A DNA stretch of 64,000 bases, from the NCBI GenBank assembly GCA_021782995.1, contig JAJXUI010000006.1:16395-80394 (forward strand), written 5' to 3'. A program made the translations under genes and the position numbers. Below the pieces are notes generated by a model that saw only the letters and a program-made list of their open reading frames with translations, had not been told where the DNA came from and did no database searches. Below, piece after piece: positions 46,204 to 56,150 of the stretch (its first letter is position 1; every line of letters begins with the position of its first letter). This DNA comes from Pseudomonadota bacterium. GTDB taxonomy: Bacteria; Pseudomonadota; Gammaproteobacteria; Burkholderiales; Gallionellaceae.

Positions 46204-47004
46204 TCAGGCTGTGAATTGCAGGTCTTTCTGGTATGTTTGGCGAGTGGGGTACTGGAAGGCAATAGGGCCATCCGGTTCGCCATGCAAAAACTGGTATACA
46301 AACGGGTTCTTCGAATTTGCCATTTCTTCCACATTGCCCTGTGCCACCACTTTCCCATCGTGGATGAAATAGACGTAATCCACGATTTTCAGTGATTCAG
46401 ACAGGTCATAGGTCACCACCACGGATGTCAGGCCGAGTGCATCATTCAGGGTGCGGATGAGGTTGGCAATTGTGCTGAGTGAAATCGGGTCCAGACCTGC
46501 GAAAGGTTCGTCATAGATGACCAGTTGCGGATCGGTGACAATTGCCCTTGCCAGTGCAACGCGGCGTTCCATGCCGCCGGAGAGTTCCTTGGGCATCAGG
46601 TCGCGCGCATTGCGCAACCCGACTGCATGCAGCTTCATCAGGATCATGTTGCGGATGAGCGCTTCCGGCATGTTGGTGTGTTCGCGCAACGGGAAGGCCA
46701 GATTGTCGTAAACCGAAAGATCGGTAAACAGGCCGCTTACCTGGAACATCATCCCCATCTGCAGTCGCAGCTTGTAGAGTTCATCGAGACCCAGCTGGTC
46801 TATTTTTTTTCCCATGAACGAGACATGACCCTGTGACGGTTTGAGCTGGCCGCCAAAATGCCGCAGCAACGTCGATTTGCCACTGCCGCTTGAGCCCATG
46901 ATGCCGACGATCTTGCCGCGCGGTATGGTGAGGTTGATCCCCTTCAGTACCTGGTTGGAGTTGTAGGAAAAATGCAGGTCATTGACCTCGATGATGTTAT
47001 CCAT
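46204..47004 (-). CDS. mlaF: MlaF-like ABC ATPase (orphan, no adjacent mlaE/D/C/B)
   Basis: Co-linear with E. coli MlaF: [65 protein letters not shown]. Confidence 0.8.
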   Translation of the reverse strand: MDNIIEVNDLHFSYNSNQVLKGINLTIPRGKIVGIMGSSGSGKSTLLRHFGGQLKPSQGHVSFMGKKIDQLGLDELYKLRLQMGMMFQVSGLFTDLSVYDNLAFPLREHTNMPEALIRNMILMKLHAVGLRNARDLMPKELSGGMERRVALARAIVTDPQLVIYDEPFAGLDPISLSTIANLIRTLNDALGLTSVVVTYDLSESLKIVDYVYFIHDGKVVAQGNVEEMANSKNPFVYQFLHGEPDGPIAFQYPTRQTYQKDLQFTA

Positions 47005-47081
47005 GACGATGAGCCAGTAAGGTGTTGTAGCGGGATTTTAACAGGCGGCTGAAAAATGACGTACCTTTTTGAGGTGTAGCG

Positions 47082-47363
47082 ATGGAGATGAAAAAAGTCA
47101 ACGCTGGCAAATTGCGCGGTATTGCTTATGACAAGCCTAGGCGGATTTTGCAGGTGCAACTGGATGATGGCAGCATCTTGCAATACAGCGGTGTGAGTGA
47201 AGCTCTCTGGCGCAGGTTTGGAAGTGCCAGTTCGCAGTGGAGCTTTTACCGCGACAATATCGAGGAGGAGTTTGCATCAAGCATGGTGGCTGGGTCCGGG
47301 ACGGGCAGTGCCAGCCAGCCAGCAGGCAGGAACCCGCTGGATGACCTGTTCAGTCAGGATTGA
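47082..47363 (+). CDS. KTSC-domain protein
   Basis: LRGIAYDKPRRILQVQLDDGSILQYSGVSEALWRRFGSASSQWSFYRDNI. Confidence 0.7.
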   Translation: MEMKKVNAGKLRGIAYDKPRRILQVQLDDGSILQYSGVSEALWRRFGSASSQWSFYRDNIEEEFASSMVAGSGTGSASQPAGRNPLDDLFSQD

Positions 47364-47370
47364 TGCCGTG

Positions 47371-47790
47371 CTATGCGCATGTTTCGCAGGTTTCGGCACC
47401 TTCTTCTTCAGGCAGCCCCTGCCATAACATGTCGTAACCCAGCTCCTTGCTGTCGGTGCACAATTCGCTCAGCGCATCGAATTTGTCCTTGAAAGTTTTG
47501 TCGGCATGCGATTTTTCATGCGCTTCAAAAGAATGCCAGTAGGTGACGATGGCAATATGTTCACCTGTCTTGCCGGGGCCGTTGATGGAACCTTCGTCAG
47601 AGACAAACCCCGAGAAGCGGAATACCTGGCCACCGATGAAACCGCCTTTGGCACCGCCATAGGTATTTTTCACGACATTACACATTTCGCCGAGCGCCAG
47701 TTCCACGTCTTCCAGTTCCACGCCCGGTTTCAGCTTGACGGTATTGAACAGCATTTTTGCACCAAACGGGATGCTGATAGGGGTGTACAT
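47371..47790 (-). CDS. Hypothetical protein (possibly dimeric alpha-beta-barrel/ABM-like)
   Basis: Strong RBS AAGGAGG. 139 aa. IAIVTYWHSFEAHEKSH. Confidence 0.45.
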   Translation of the reverse strand: MYTPISIPFGAKMLFNTVKLKPGVELEDVELALGEMCNVVKNTYGGAKGGFIGGQVFRFSGFVSDEGSINGPGKTGEHIAIVTYWHSFEAHEKSHADKTFKDKFDALSELCTDSKELGYDMLWQGLPEEEGAETCETCA

Positions 47791-48028
47791 GATTTACCTC
47801 CTTAAATTCATATGGTTACTTATGGTAGTTTTGTCACTTGCATTTACATAAGCTAATGCTAATATGAGTATGAAATACAAGATAAGTTCTATCTCGCATT
47901 TTTCAAGTACCGGAACGTCTAAAGACATCAAGGCTGCAAATTGGGTAGCGTTGTCATGGCGTGTTACCAACCAGCTATTTACGTTGTTGCGCTTGCCAGG
48001 CCGGAAAAAATGAGTCGTCTGGAAATAC

Positions 48029-49057
48029 ATGATGTCCCTGCAGTTTGAAACATACCCTGTTCCCGATAACGAGTCGCAACGTCATGCGGCATTAAATACA
48101 TTCGCCATTCTGGATTCGGCACCTGAAATGGATTTTGATGCACTGACGCGTGTGGCAGCCCATGCACTGCATGTACCGATTGCTGTCGTAGGCCTGCTTG
48201 ATGCTGACCGCCTGTGGATCAAGTCACATTTTGGGCTGGATGTGCCACAACTGGATCGCAGGATTGCCTTTTGTGCCCATGCCGTGATGAAACCCGATGA
48301 AATCCTCGTGGTGGAAAACCTGATGGAAGATGCTCGTTTCAAGGGGTATCCCCTGGTAGCTGATGCGCCCCGATTACGTTTTTATGCAGGCGCACCATTG
48401 GTGGATGCCAATAAAAACGTCATCGGCACACTGGCTATTGTGGATACCATTCCGCGTAAGTTTGATGAGGAACATCGTCGCATCCTGAAAGATCTGGCCT
48501 TGCTGGTGATGGTGGTGCTGGACCATCATCGACTCGCCGCGGCGCTGGCCAGCCGGGCGCGTACGGATTATCTGACCAATTTGCTGAATCGGGGGGCGTT
48601 TGAATCAGCCCTGCATGCCCAGATTGCCCATGCAGGCAGGAGCGGAGAAATATTTTCCGTGCTGTACATGGATCTGGACGGTTTCAAACAGGCCAATGAC
48701 AGGTTTGGCCATGCAACGGGTGATGCGGTATTGCGGGAGGTGGCGCGTCGTCTTGATCATGTAAAGCGCGATGAAGACATACTGGCCCGCTTGGGAGGCG
48801 ATGAATTCGGCATGCTGGTGCGCGGTGATATGCAGTCAGCGCGCAAACTTGCCGACCGTATCGAGAAATCCATGCAGACCGCAATCTCCATATCTTGCGA
48901 CAGGCAGGCATGTATCGGCATTTCTGTTGGTATTGGCGAATATGTTGCGGGCGAGTCGCAAGATGCATTGCTGGCCCGGGCGGATCAGGATCTCTACCAG
49001 AATAAACGCGCACATCGTCCGGCAACATTACCATGTGATACCGGAGAATTTATATAA
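48029..49057 (+). CDS. GAF-GGDEF diguanylate cyclase
   Basis: GAF-like N-terminus (ESQRHAALNTFAILDS...). DYLTNLLNRGAF, RLGGDEFGMLV. Confidence 0.85.
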   Translation: MMSLQFETYPVPDNESQRHAALNTFAILDSAPEMDFDALTRVAAHALHVPIAVVGLLDADRLWIKSHFGLDVPQLDRRIAFCAHAVMKPDEILVVENLMEDARFKGYPLVADAPRLRFYAGAPLVDANKNVIGTLAIVDTIPRKFDEEHRRILKDLALLVMVVLDHHRLAAALASRARTDYLTNLLNRGAFESALHAQIAHAGRSGEIFSVLYMDLDGFKQANDRFGHATGDAVLREVARRLDHVKRDEDILARLGGDEFGMLVRGDMQSARKLADRIEKSMQTAISISCDRQACIGISVGIGEYVAGESQDALLARADQDLYQNKRAHRPATLPCDTGEFI

Positions 49058-49090
49058 CATTATGATTGTATTATATAAATAATTTTTCAC
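49051..49090 (-). repeat. AT-rich post-gene element, inverted copy
   Basis: The reverse complement GTGAAAAATTATTTATATAATACAATCATAATG resembles GTGAAAATAAAAATAATATAATTAAATCAGTATG at 27592-27625. Confidence 0.4.
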
Positions 49091-49181
49091 TACAATTTAA
49101 CCCCGTTTCACATTTTCTTGCGTTTACAGCAGTCAGGCCGTGCAATTCCGCTGGGCCCTGACTTACCAATGCGAGGAAGAC

Positions 49182-51020
49182 ATGAAACCGTTCCATTCAA
49201 ACCTGTTGTTGCTGACCCTGCTGTTATCCGCCCATGTGCTGGTTGGCTGTGCCAGCCACGAACAATCTGCAGAGGTTGTTCCTGCAGATTCTGTGCGAAT
49301 CGCCGCAGACAACTTACCCCTCCTGATAGAAAGCAAGCCCGGTTCCCCGGCCACGGATCAAGCAACCAAGGCATCAGGCAAGCCCGAGACAAAAAGAAAG
49401 GATATGGGGAAAGTCGAGCGTCATGAGCTGGCGCCTGCCGAGTCCCGCAAGGTGATGAATCAGGAACAACTTGCATTGCCGGAAAAGTCGAGGCAGATGG
49501 CGGGTGCAGTGTATCCTGCACCGCAGGTTGCAATCATGGCCGCGCCAGCAGCAGTTGCGGGTTATAACCCGCCGCAAATGCAGGAGCGTGAACAATACGG
49601 CAATATCGTAGAAAATTCCGTGAAGCAGGTTTCGGCCGAGCCGGTATCCACTTTCAGCATCGATGTCGATACCGGGTCTTATGCCAATGTCAGGCGCATG
49701 CTGAATGCGGGGCGCCTGCCGCCGCATGACGCGGTACGTGTCGAAGAATTGATCAATTATTTTCCCTATGCGTATGCCTTGCCGAAAGGCAACACGCCAT
49801 TTGCCGTACATGCGGAAATTGCCCCTGCACCGTGGAATGCCGAACATCATCTGCTGCGTATCGGCATCAAGGGACAGGATGTGGCGAAACAGGACCTGCC
49901 GCCGGCCAATCTGGTGTTTCTTGTCGATGTCTCGGGCTCGATGGAGTCGCAGGACAAATTGCCGCTGCTGAAATCAGCACTGAAACTGCTGGTCGGCCAG
50001 CTGCGCGGACAGGACAAGGTGTCGCTGGTCACCTATGCGGCCGGTACGCAAGTGATCCTCGAGCCGACTTCAGGCGAGCACAAGGCCCGCATCATCGCTG
50101 CACTGGATAAGCTGCATGCCGGAGGCTCAACGGCAGGTGCTGCAGGTATCAACCTGGCATACAGCATGGCGCAACAAGGGTATGTGCGGGGCGGCATCAA
50201 CCGTATCTTGCTGGCGACAGATGGCGACTTCAATGTCGGCATCACCAATTTTGACGCCCTTAAAAACCTGGCAGAAGAAAAGCGCAAGACAGGTGTTTCA
50301 CTGTCTACCCTGGGTTTTGGAACCGGCAATTACAACGAAAGGCTGATGGAGCAACTGGCGGATGCCGGCAATGGCAATTATTCCTATATCGATACGCTGA
50401 ATGAAGGCCAGAAGGTGCTGGTAAACGAAATGACATCGACACTGGCGACGATTGCCAGGGATGTGAAAATCCAGATCGAGTTCAATCCTTCGGTGGTCAG
50501 CGAATATCGGCTGGTAGGGTATGAGAACCGCATGCTGCAGCGCGAGGATTTCAATAATGACAAGGTTGATGCCGGCGAAGTGGGGGCCGGTCATACCGTG
50601 ACTGCCTTGTATGAACTGACGTTGAAAGGGAGCAAGGCAAATATTGACCCGTTACGTTATGGCAAGGAGCCTGCTGCAGATAGCGGCAAGGCAGGCGAGC
50701 TGGCTTTCCTGCGCATGCGTTACAAGGCACCTGACGGTGAAGCGTCCAAACTTGCCGAGTGGCCTTTGCATCGTGAAAGTGTGCAGGCCAGCTTTGCCGG
50801 CGCCAGCAATGAATTCCGCTTTGCGAGTGCGGTCGCGGCCTTTGGCCAGCAGCTGCGTGGCGGTAAAAATACCGGCAACATGAGTTATGCGGAAATTTCC
50901 AAAATTGCCTCGGCAGCACGCGGTGCGGATGAATACGGTTACCGTGGCGAGTTCCTGCGACTGGTCAGGCTTGCGGAATCCCTTTCATCCGGCAAGACTG
51001 AGGCCATGCCACTGGATTGA
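49182..51020 (+). CDS. VWA-domain lipoprotein (YfbK-like)
   Basis: Lipobox HVLVGC. VSTFSIDVDTGSYANVRRMLNAGRLPP..VRVEELINYF. MIDAS DVSGSMES. Confidence 0.85.
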   Translation: MKPFHSNLLLLTLLLSAHVLVGCASHEQSAEVVPADSVRIAADNLPLLIESKPGSPATDQATKASGKPETKRKDMGKVERHELAPAESRKVMNQEQLALPEKSRQMAGAVYPAPQVAIMAAPAAVAGYNPPQMQEREQYGNIVENSVKQVSAEPVSTFSIDVDTGSYANVRRMLNAGRLPPHDAVRVEELINYFPYAYALPKGNTPFAVHAEIAPAPWNAEHHLLRIGIKGQDVAKQDLPPANLVFLVDVSGSMESQDKLPLLKSALKLLVGQLRGQDKVSLVTYAAGTQVILEPTSGEHKARIIAALDKLHAGGSTAGAAGINLAYSMAQQGYVRGGINRILLATDGDFNVGITNFDALKNLAEEKRKTGVSLSTLGFGTGNYNERLMEQLADAGNGNYSYIDTLNEGQKVLVNEMTSTLATIARDVKIQIEFNPSVVSEYRLVGYENRMLQREDFNNDKVDAGEVGAGHTVTALYELTLKGSKANIDPLRYGKEPAADSGKAGELAFLRMRYKAPDGEASKLAEWPLHRESVQASFAGASNEFRFASAVAAFGQQLRGGKNTGNMSYAEISKIASAARGADEYGYRGEFLRLVRLAESLSSGKTEAMPLD

Positions 51021-51064
51021 AGTCAGATAGCCAGAGTGACTGCGCTCGCCTATACTGCGCAGCC

Positions 51065-51637
51065 ATGCGAGACGAGGTGGCAGACGAACAACTGATGGAG
51101 CAGTATCGTGAAGGTGATGCAGGTGCATTCGATGTCCTGTATCGCCGGCACAAGGGCGGCCTGTTCCGTTACCTTTTCCGCCTCAGCAAAAACCAGGGCA
51201 TCGCCGAGGAGCTGTTCCAGGATGTGTGGAGCAACCTGATCCGCAGCCGGGAGCGCTATCAGCCCAGCGCCAAATTCACCACCTTCCTGTACCAGATCGC
51301 GCATCACCGAGTCATAGACCATGTCAGGCGCAATCCGGGCATCATGATCTCGCTGGATATGGAAACAGAGGAGGAAGAACCCATGATGGCTGCATTGCCT
51401 GCGGATCCTGCGCTGCAACCTGAAGTACAGGTACAGCGCAAACAAATGCAGGCGGTGCTGGTCAAAGCAATTGAGAGTTTGCCAGCCTTGCAACGGGAGG
51501 CTTTCCTGCTGCGTGAAGAGGCTGACCTGTCGCTGCAGGAAATCGCCGTAGTGACCGGGGTGAACGAAGAAACCGCGAAGAGCCGCTTGCGCTATGCGGT
51601 GGCCAAACTGCGGGAAGGACTGAGGGGTTTACGATGA
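51065..51637 (+). CDS. ECF-type sigma-70 family RNA polymerase sigma factor
   Basis: Region 2 (FDVLYRRHKGGLFRYL.. ELFQDVW) and region 4 (LPALQREAFLLREEADLSLQEIAVVTGVNEETAKSRL). Confidence 0.85.
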   Translation: MRDEVADEQLMEQYREGDAGAFDVLYRRHKGGLFRYLFRLSKNQGIAEELFQDVWSNLIRSRERYQPSAKFTTFLYQIAHHRVIDHVRRNPGIMISLDMETEEEEPMMAALPADPALQPEVQVQRKQMQAVLVKAIESLPALQREAFLLREEADLSLQEIAVVTGVNEETAKSRLRYAVAKLREGLRGLR

Positions 51638-52617
51638 GCCAGCAGAATAATATCGGTGATCAGGAATTAGAGCAGTATCTGCAAGGCAATTCCGGCCTGT
51701 CGCAGCAATATGCCGACCTGCCCGAGGTGAAATTGCCAGACCATCTGGATGCGGCGATCCTGGCCGAGGCACATCGTGCCGTGGGTGCACGTCCAGGCGG
51801 TAAGGCGAAGCGCAGCTGGACGATGCCCCTGTCTTTGGTGGCAACGCTATTTGTGGTGGTCATGGCCGGGCTGATCCTGCCCGACATGCTGAAAGACATG
51901 CAGCGGCGACAACAGTATGCTGCAGCGAATCAGGATACTGCCAGCGAAAAAATGATGCCCGCACCAGCGATTGCGCAGCCTGCTCCAGCATCATCCGACG
52001 CACGCAAGGAAGCGTATATGGCGGCACCGGTGAAGATGCCTGAACGTGCAGAGCCGCCTGCCAGCAGGAAGCCGATGCGTGAAAAGACAATACTGCCTGA
52101 ACCCTCTGCGTTGCCTCAGACCGTACAGCAAGCACGGCCTGCTGCAGAACCTGAGGTGGTTGCAGCGTTGCCGCAAAAGCAGGAATTGCGATCTCAACTG
52201 GAAGCAAAGGACAGTGCCCCTGCCAATTTGGGGGTACTGCTTGAGGCATCGCCTGTTGTGACGAATGCGCCTGCCCCGATGCAGCTGCAAGCGCGGGCGC
52301 CAACGGCCAGGATGGAAAAGCGCAAGCAGGAGATGGACTCATCTGCTCGCATTGCAGGGCAAGTGACTAAGCCCGCTCCCGCAAGTCTGGCGCCTGCCCC
52401 TGCTGAAATGCCCGAAGCTGAAACTGTAAAGGCGTCGGAGTCAGGTATCGCAGACAGTTTGCTGAAAAGTTCAGAAATCTTACGCCCGGATGCCTGGATC
52501 GAGAAGATACGCAAACTGAAACAACAGGGTAAACATCAGGAAGCCGCCAGGGAGCTAAGTGAATTTGGTAAGCGCTATCCGGATTTCCCTTTGCCTGCGG
52601 ATCTTGCAGGCAAATAG
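51634..52617 (+). CDS. Putative anti-sigma factor (single TM, Pro/Ala-rich periplasmic region)
   Basis: ATGA overlap with the sigma gene stop. One TM (LSLVATLFVVVMAGLIL). No zf-HC2 motif. Confidence 0.55.
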   Translation: MSQQNNIGDQELEQYLQGNSGLSQQYADLPEVKLPDHLDAAILAEAHRAVGARPGGKAKRSWTMPLSLVATLFVVVMAGLILPDMLKDMQRRQQYAAANQDTASEKMMPAPAIAQPAPASSDARKEAYMAAPVKMPERAEPPASRKPMREKTILPEPSALPQTVQQARPAAEPEVVAALPQKQELRSQLEAKDSAPANLGVLLEASPVVTNAPAPMQLQARAPTARMEKRKQEMDSSARIAGQVTKPAPASLAPAPAEMPEAETVKASESGIADSLLKSSEILRPDAWIEKIRKLKQQGKHQEAARELSEFGKRYPDFPLPADLAGK

Positions 52618-52626
52618 GCCTGACTG

Positions 52627-54099
52627 TTACAGCGTGAGTCTGCGCTTTGCCTGAGTTGTGGGGGCGTGTTGCACAGTGTCAGGCATGATATGGAATTGTT
52701 TGACGGCCACCTGCTTGCGCAGTATGGTCAAGGTTTGCAAGTGCGCGTAGGCCGGTAAATCACTTGCGTTTTGTGGCGGACTGTCGTCATTACTCCAGAC
52801 ATAAATGCCATGTGCAACTGGCGGCTTGGCTGTCTGATTCCAGATATTGAACTGGCTGGCCCGTGCGCCAGCATCGGTACGTACCTGCAGTTTTTCATCC
52901 GTGTAATAGATGATTTCTGCCCCGAGCTGATGCGACGGTGCGATGGCGATTTTCTGCCCTGGAATCTGTTCAAGATCTCTTCCCAGCTCACGCCAGCCAT
53001 AAAATGCGTTGGTGGCATCCGTCACCGCCATGGCGGGTGAAAATTTTGCCAGGGGCAGAATGCTGAAACGGGTATGCAGGGTGATCAGCAGCGAAAGCAG
53101 AAGCGTGCTGAACAGGCTGACATACCACAGGTAGCGCATGGCAGGTATTGTGCTGCCAAGAAAGTAACGGGTGAACAGGATGAGCAGGCTGAAATAGGCA
53201 AATGCAGTCCAGTTGGGACCGGCAAGCTTGATGATGGAAATGCCGCCAAATATCAGGATGACAGGGAGTGAGGCAGCGGCCAGCATCAGCATGGGTTTGT
53301 CCCCGGATTTCAGCGTTTTGAATGCGGCATACATGCCAGCCAGCCAGACAAGCGGGCCAACCAGCAAGAGCTGCGAGCTGAAAAACTCGCCAACCCTGCC
53401 AAAGGCATAACTGTCGCTGTCCAGTCCATGGTGAAACTGGAATACAAATGAAATCCAGCCATGCCGGCTGTTCCAGATGATGACCGGCATGAAACAGAAA
53501 AAGCCCAGCATCATCGCCAGCCAGGGATGGCGGGTTTGCAACCAGTGGCGGTCATCCGTCAGCAAGAGATAAGCAAGCAAACTGGGTAATAGCAGCAGTG
53601 CAGTGTACTTCGACAGTAACGCGAGACCGAAAGCGAGCCCCAGTGCATACCATTGCCAGGCCTGCTGTTGCTGGATGATCAGCCACATCAGGTATACGCT
53701 CAGCGCCCAGAACAGGTAAACCGGGATATCCGGCGTGATCACGATCAGTCCAAGCATGCTGAGGGGCGTGGCGTTGAACAGCATCACGCTGCCGGCAGCA
53801 ATGCTCGTGCTGTTGAACATGCGCATCGCAAGTTGCCAGGTGAGCCAGCTGGCAGTAATGATCACCAGGGTGCCGGGTAGCCTGACCCAGAGTTCGCTTT
53901 TGGAAAACAGCGTGGTGAGCCAGATGAAGTAGGCCACGATGGGGGAATGATCAAAATAACCCATATCCAGGTGGCGGGACCATAGCCAGTAATAGGCCTC
54001 ATCAGGATGCAGTTGCAGGGTGGCAGAAAGATAAAGCCGCCAGACTGTCAGCAGGCCAACAAACAGCAGGGTATTGCGCAGATTAAGGAAGCTTTGCAT
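52627..54099 (-). CDS. Family 39 glycosyltransferase (ArnT/PMT-like)
   Basis: LQLHPDEAYYWLWSRHLDMGYFDHSPIVAYF and multiple TM helices. Start ATG 54099 (MQSFLNLRN...). Confidence 0.8.
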   Translation of the reverse strand: MQSFLNLRNTLLFVGLLTVWRLYLSATLQLHPDEAYYWLWSRHLDMGYFDHSPIVAYFIWLTTLFSKSELWVRLPGTLVIITASWLTWQLAMRMFNSTSIAAGSVMLFNATPLSMLGLIVITPDIPVYLFWALSVYLMWLIIQQQQAWQWYALGLAFGLALLSKYTALLLLPSLLAYLLLTDDRHWLQTRHPWLAMMLGFFCFMPVIIWNSRHGWISFVFQFHHGLDSDSYAFGRVGEFFSSQLLLVGPLVWLAGMYAAFKTLKSGDKPMLMLAAASLPVILIFGGISIIKLAGPNWTAFAYFSLLILFTRYFLGSTIPAMRYLWYVSLFSTLLLSLLITLHTRFSILPLAKFSPAMAVTDATNAFYGWRELGRDLEQIPGQKIAIAPSHQLGAEIIYYTDEKLQVRTDAGARASQFNIWNQTAKPPVAHGIYVWSNDDSPPQNASDLPAYAHLQTLTILRKQVAVKQFHIMPDTVQHAPTTQAKRRLTL

Positions 54100-54266
54100 G
54101 AAATTGCACTCTTGACGTCGGATCGGGATTTCGCTGGGAAAGTGAATTATGCAGCGAGTTCCTGTCAGTGCATAATGGCACATCAACTGCAGTGAGGCTT
54201 GAATTATAGCCAATTGATTATATATTGATATTTTACTCTATCGGCGTTAAGTCATGCGTCTCTGCG

Positions 54267-55886
54267 TCAGGAAAAACACAGTTCACCTTCCTTGAGGTGG
54301 AAATAGCCTGAAGTGTGATCGGCTGTCATTTTCATCAGCTTGCTGCCTATCTGGATTTCCACGCCAGCATATACGTTTTTTTCCGCAACAATGCGCGATG
54401 TGTTCATCAGATCCAGCCTGGTTTGCAAGTCCTGTTCATTTTCCTTGAGGGACAGCAGTGTTTCTGTCAGTGCAACTTGTGTGGCCTCTGCTGCATTCAA
54501 TGCATCCGGTGGCAAGCGCTCAGGATGCTCGCTGGCGAGCGTCAGCAATCGCTGAATATCAGCGAGTTTGTGCTCAGCTTCTTCGCGTTCCCTGGTGACG
54601 CCTTTTAGCTGATCATAGAGCTGCGGTTCTGGTCCTGTTGCAAGGCAGGTTTTGACGCCGGTTTCAGCACCGAGGTATTGGGCCATGATCAGCATGGTGG
54701 CGCGGGTTGTGCCGCCGATGATATAGCCCTTGTTGCCGCCTTTTTTCCCGACGATGACCTGGTGTCCGGCAGTCAGGTCGCTTTGCATGGTGAATTCGTT
54801 GACAAAAATGCCCTGGCCGGCAACGACCCGTGCATTCTGGATGAAGCGGGCCGTACAGCTGCCACTGCTTTTTACCAGCGGCGTAAAGTCATTGCCTTGC
54901 TCCTGTACTGCGATGATGCCGCCTTTCACCACGATGTTGCCACCTGCTTCAAGCAGTGCCCCTTCGATGGTTCCGCCTACGTGGATGTCGCCGCTGGCCT
55001 TGATGGTCATGCCGGCATGGACATCGTTGCTGACCACCACGGTGCCATCAAAATTGATGTTGCCGGAATGCAGGTCTACGTTTTTGACCTTGTACACTGG
55101 CTCCACAGCGAGATCGCCCTGGAAAAAGACCGGGAAACCACTGAGGGTGGCAATCAGCTGATTGCTGTCGGCCGGGTCGATTGCAGCGCCCTTGATCTTT
55201 TTGGCAAACGGGACTTCCTTGCCCGGGCGGGCTGCAATGGGCTTGCCGGAAAGTGCAATGCCTGGCTCACCTTGAGTTGGCGGCGAGCGGCGCATCAACA
55301 CATCACCTTCCCTGACGACGATGATTTCACCGAAATCGCGGAAGTCCGCAAGGCCGCTTGCATCCAGTTTCGGGCTGCGGTTACCTGATGTCGGGATCAG
55401 GTTTTGTATCTTGCCATTGATGCCATGTTCCGGGGGCTTGCCCTGTGCAATCACGACATCTGCAGCGCCGTTTTGCAGCGCATGATGGATTGCATCGAGA
55501 TTGAGCTGGAGGCCGACACCTTTATGGGCGGCCTCCTTGTAGATGTCATCCAGCTGTACCGGCTGTCCGCCCTGCGGCAGGGAGAGCGTGAGCAGGGCTG
55601 TAACAGATTCATGGTCCACCCTGATCTCGAACTTTCCATCTACTGCTACGCCGATGGGCAACTCGAAAGGTGAGCCAAAATTGTATTTGGACACTACGCT
55701 GGCCAGCATGTCCGGATTCAACTTGTAGCGGTTAAGGTTGGCTGCCGACAACTCGGCGTTAAGATCATCCGGCGTGATGGTGCCGGCTGTTTCCCCCGGC
55801 GTGAAGGTGGCGAGGAGGGTGCGGCCGTACTCGTCGAGATGGAGCGCAAGGTGTTTCCTGATCTGATTTGCCATCTGGTGGTTCAT
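54267..55886 (-). CDS. FapA-family (DUF342) protein
   Basis: Beta-helix-like repeat GNINFDGTVVVSNDVHAGMTIKASGDIHVGGTIEGALLEAGGNIVVKGGI and a C-terminal coiled coil. Confidence 0.8.
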   Translation of the reverse strand: MNHQMANQIRKHLALHLDEYGRTLLATFTPGETAGTITPDDLNAELSAANLNRYKLNPDMLASVVSKYNFGSPFELPIGVAVDGKFEIRVDHESVTALLTLSLPQGGQPVQLDDIYKEAAHKGVGLQLNLDAIHHALQNGAADVVIAQGKPPEHGINGKIQNLIPTSGNRSPKLDASGLADFRDFGEIIVVREGDVLMRRSPPTQGEPGIALSGKPIAARPGKEVPFAKKIKGAAIDPADSNQLIATLSGFPVFFQGDLAVEPVYKVKNVDLHSGNINFDGTVVVSNDVHAGMTIKASGDIHVGGTIEGALLEAGGNIVVKGGIIAVQEQGNDFTPLVKSSGSCTARFIQNARVVAGQGIFVNEFTMQSDLTAGHQVIVGKKGGNKGYIIGGTTRATMLIMAQYLGAETGVKTCLATGPEPQLYDQLKGVTREREEAEHKLADIQRLLTLASEHPERLPPDALNAAEATQVALTETLLSLKENEQDLQTRLDLMNTSRIVAEKNVYAGVEIQIGSKLMKMTADHTSGYFHLKEGELCFS

Positions 55887-56150
55887 TCAATCTGGAAAGT
55901 GGGCGTGCTGTAATGTTAACGCAACATGCGGGTTAGGAAAATACGGCGATGTTTCATCATATTCGGGATGAACGGATCCTTGTACGTTAAGCGCAATGGC
56001 CAAAGTCAAAACTGATAAAATTGCAGACTGTATAAGGGCTGCATTTCGGGTTGAGGCGTATCGAGTGAACTGAAAGTGGCAGGAACTGAGGCGGACAATG
56101 TCGGGATGCAGGTATGCATCTGGAGTATCAAATGGGGTATGGTGAAAACA

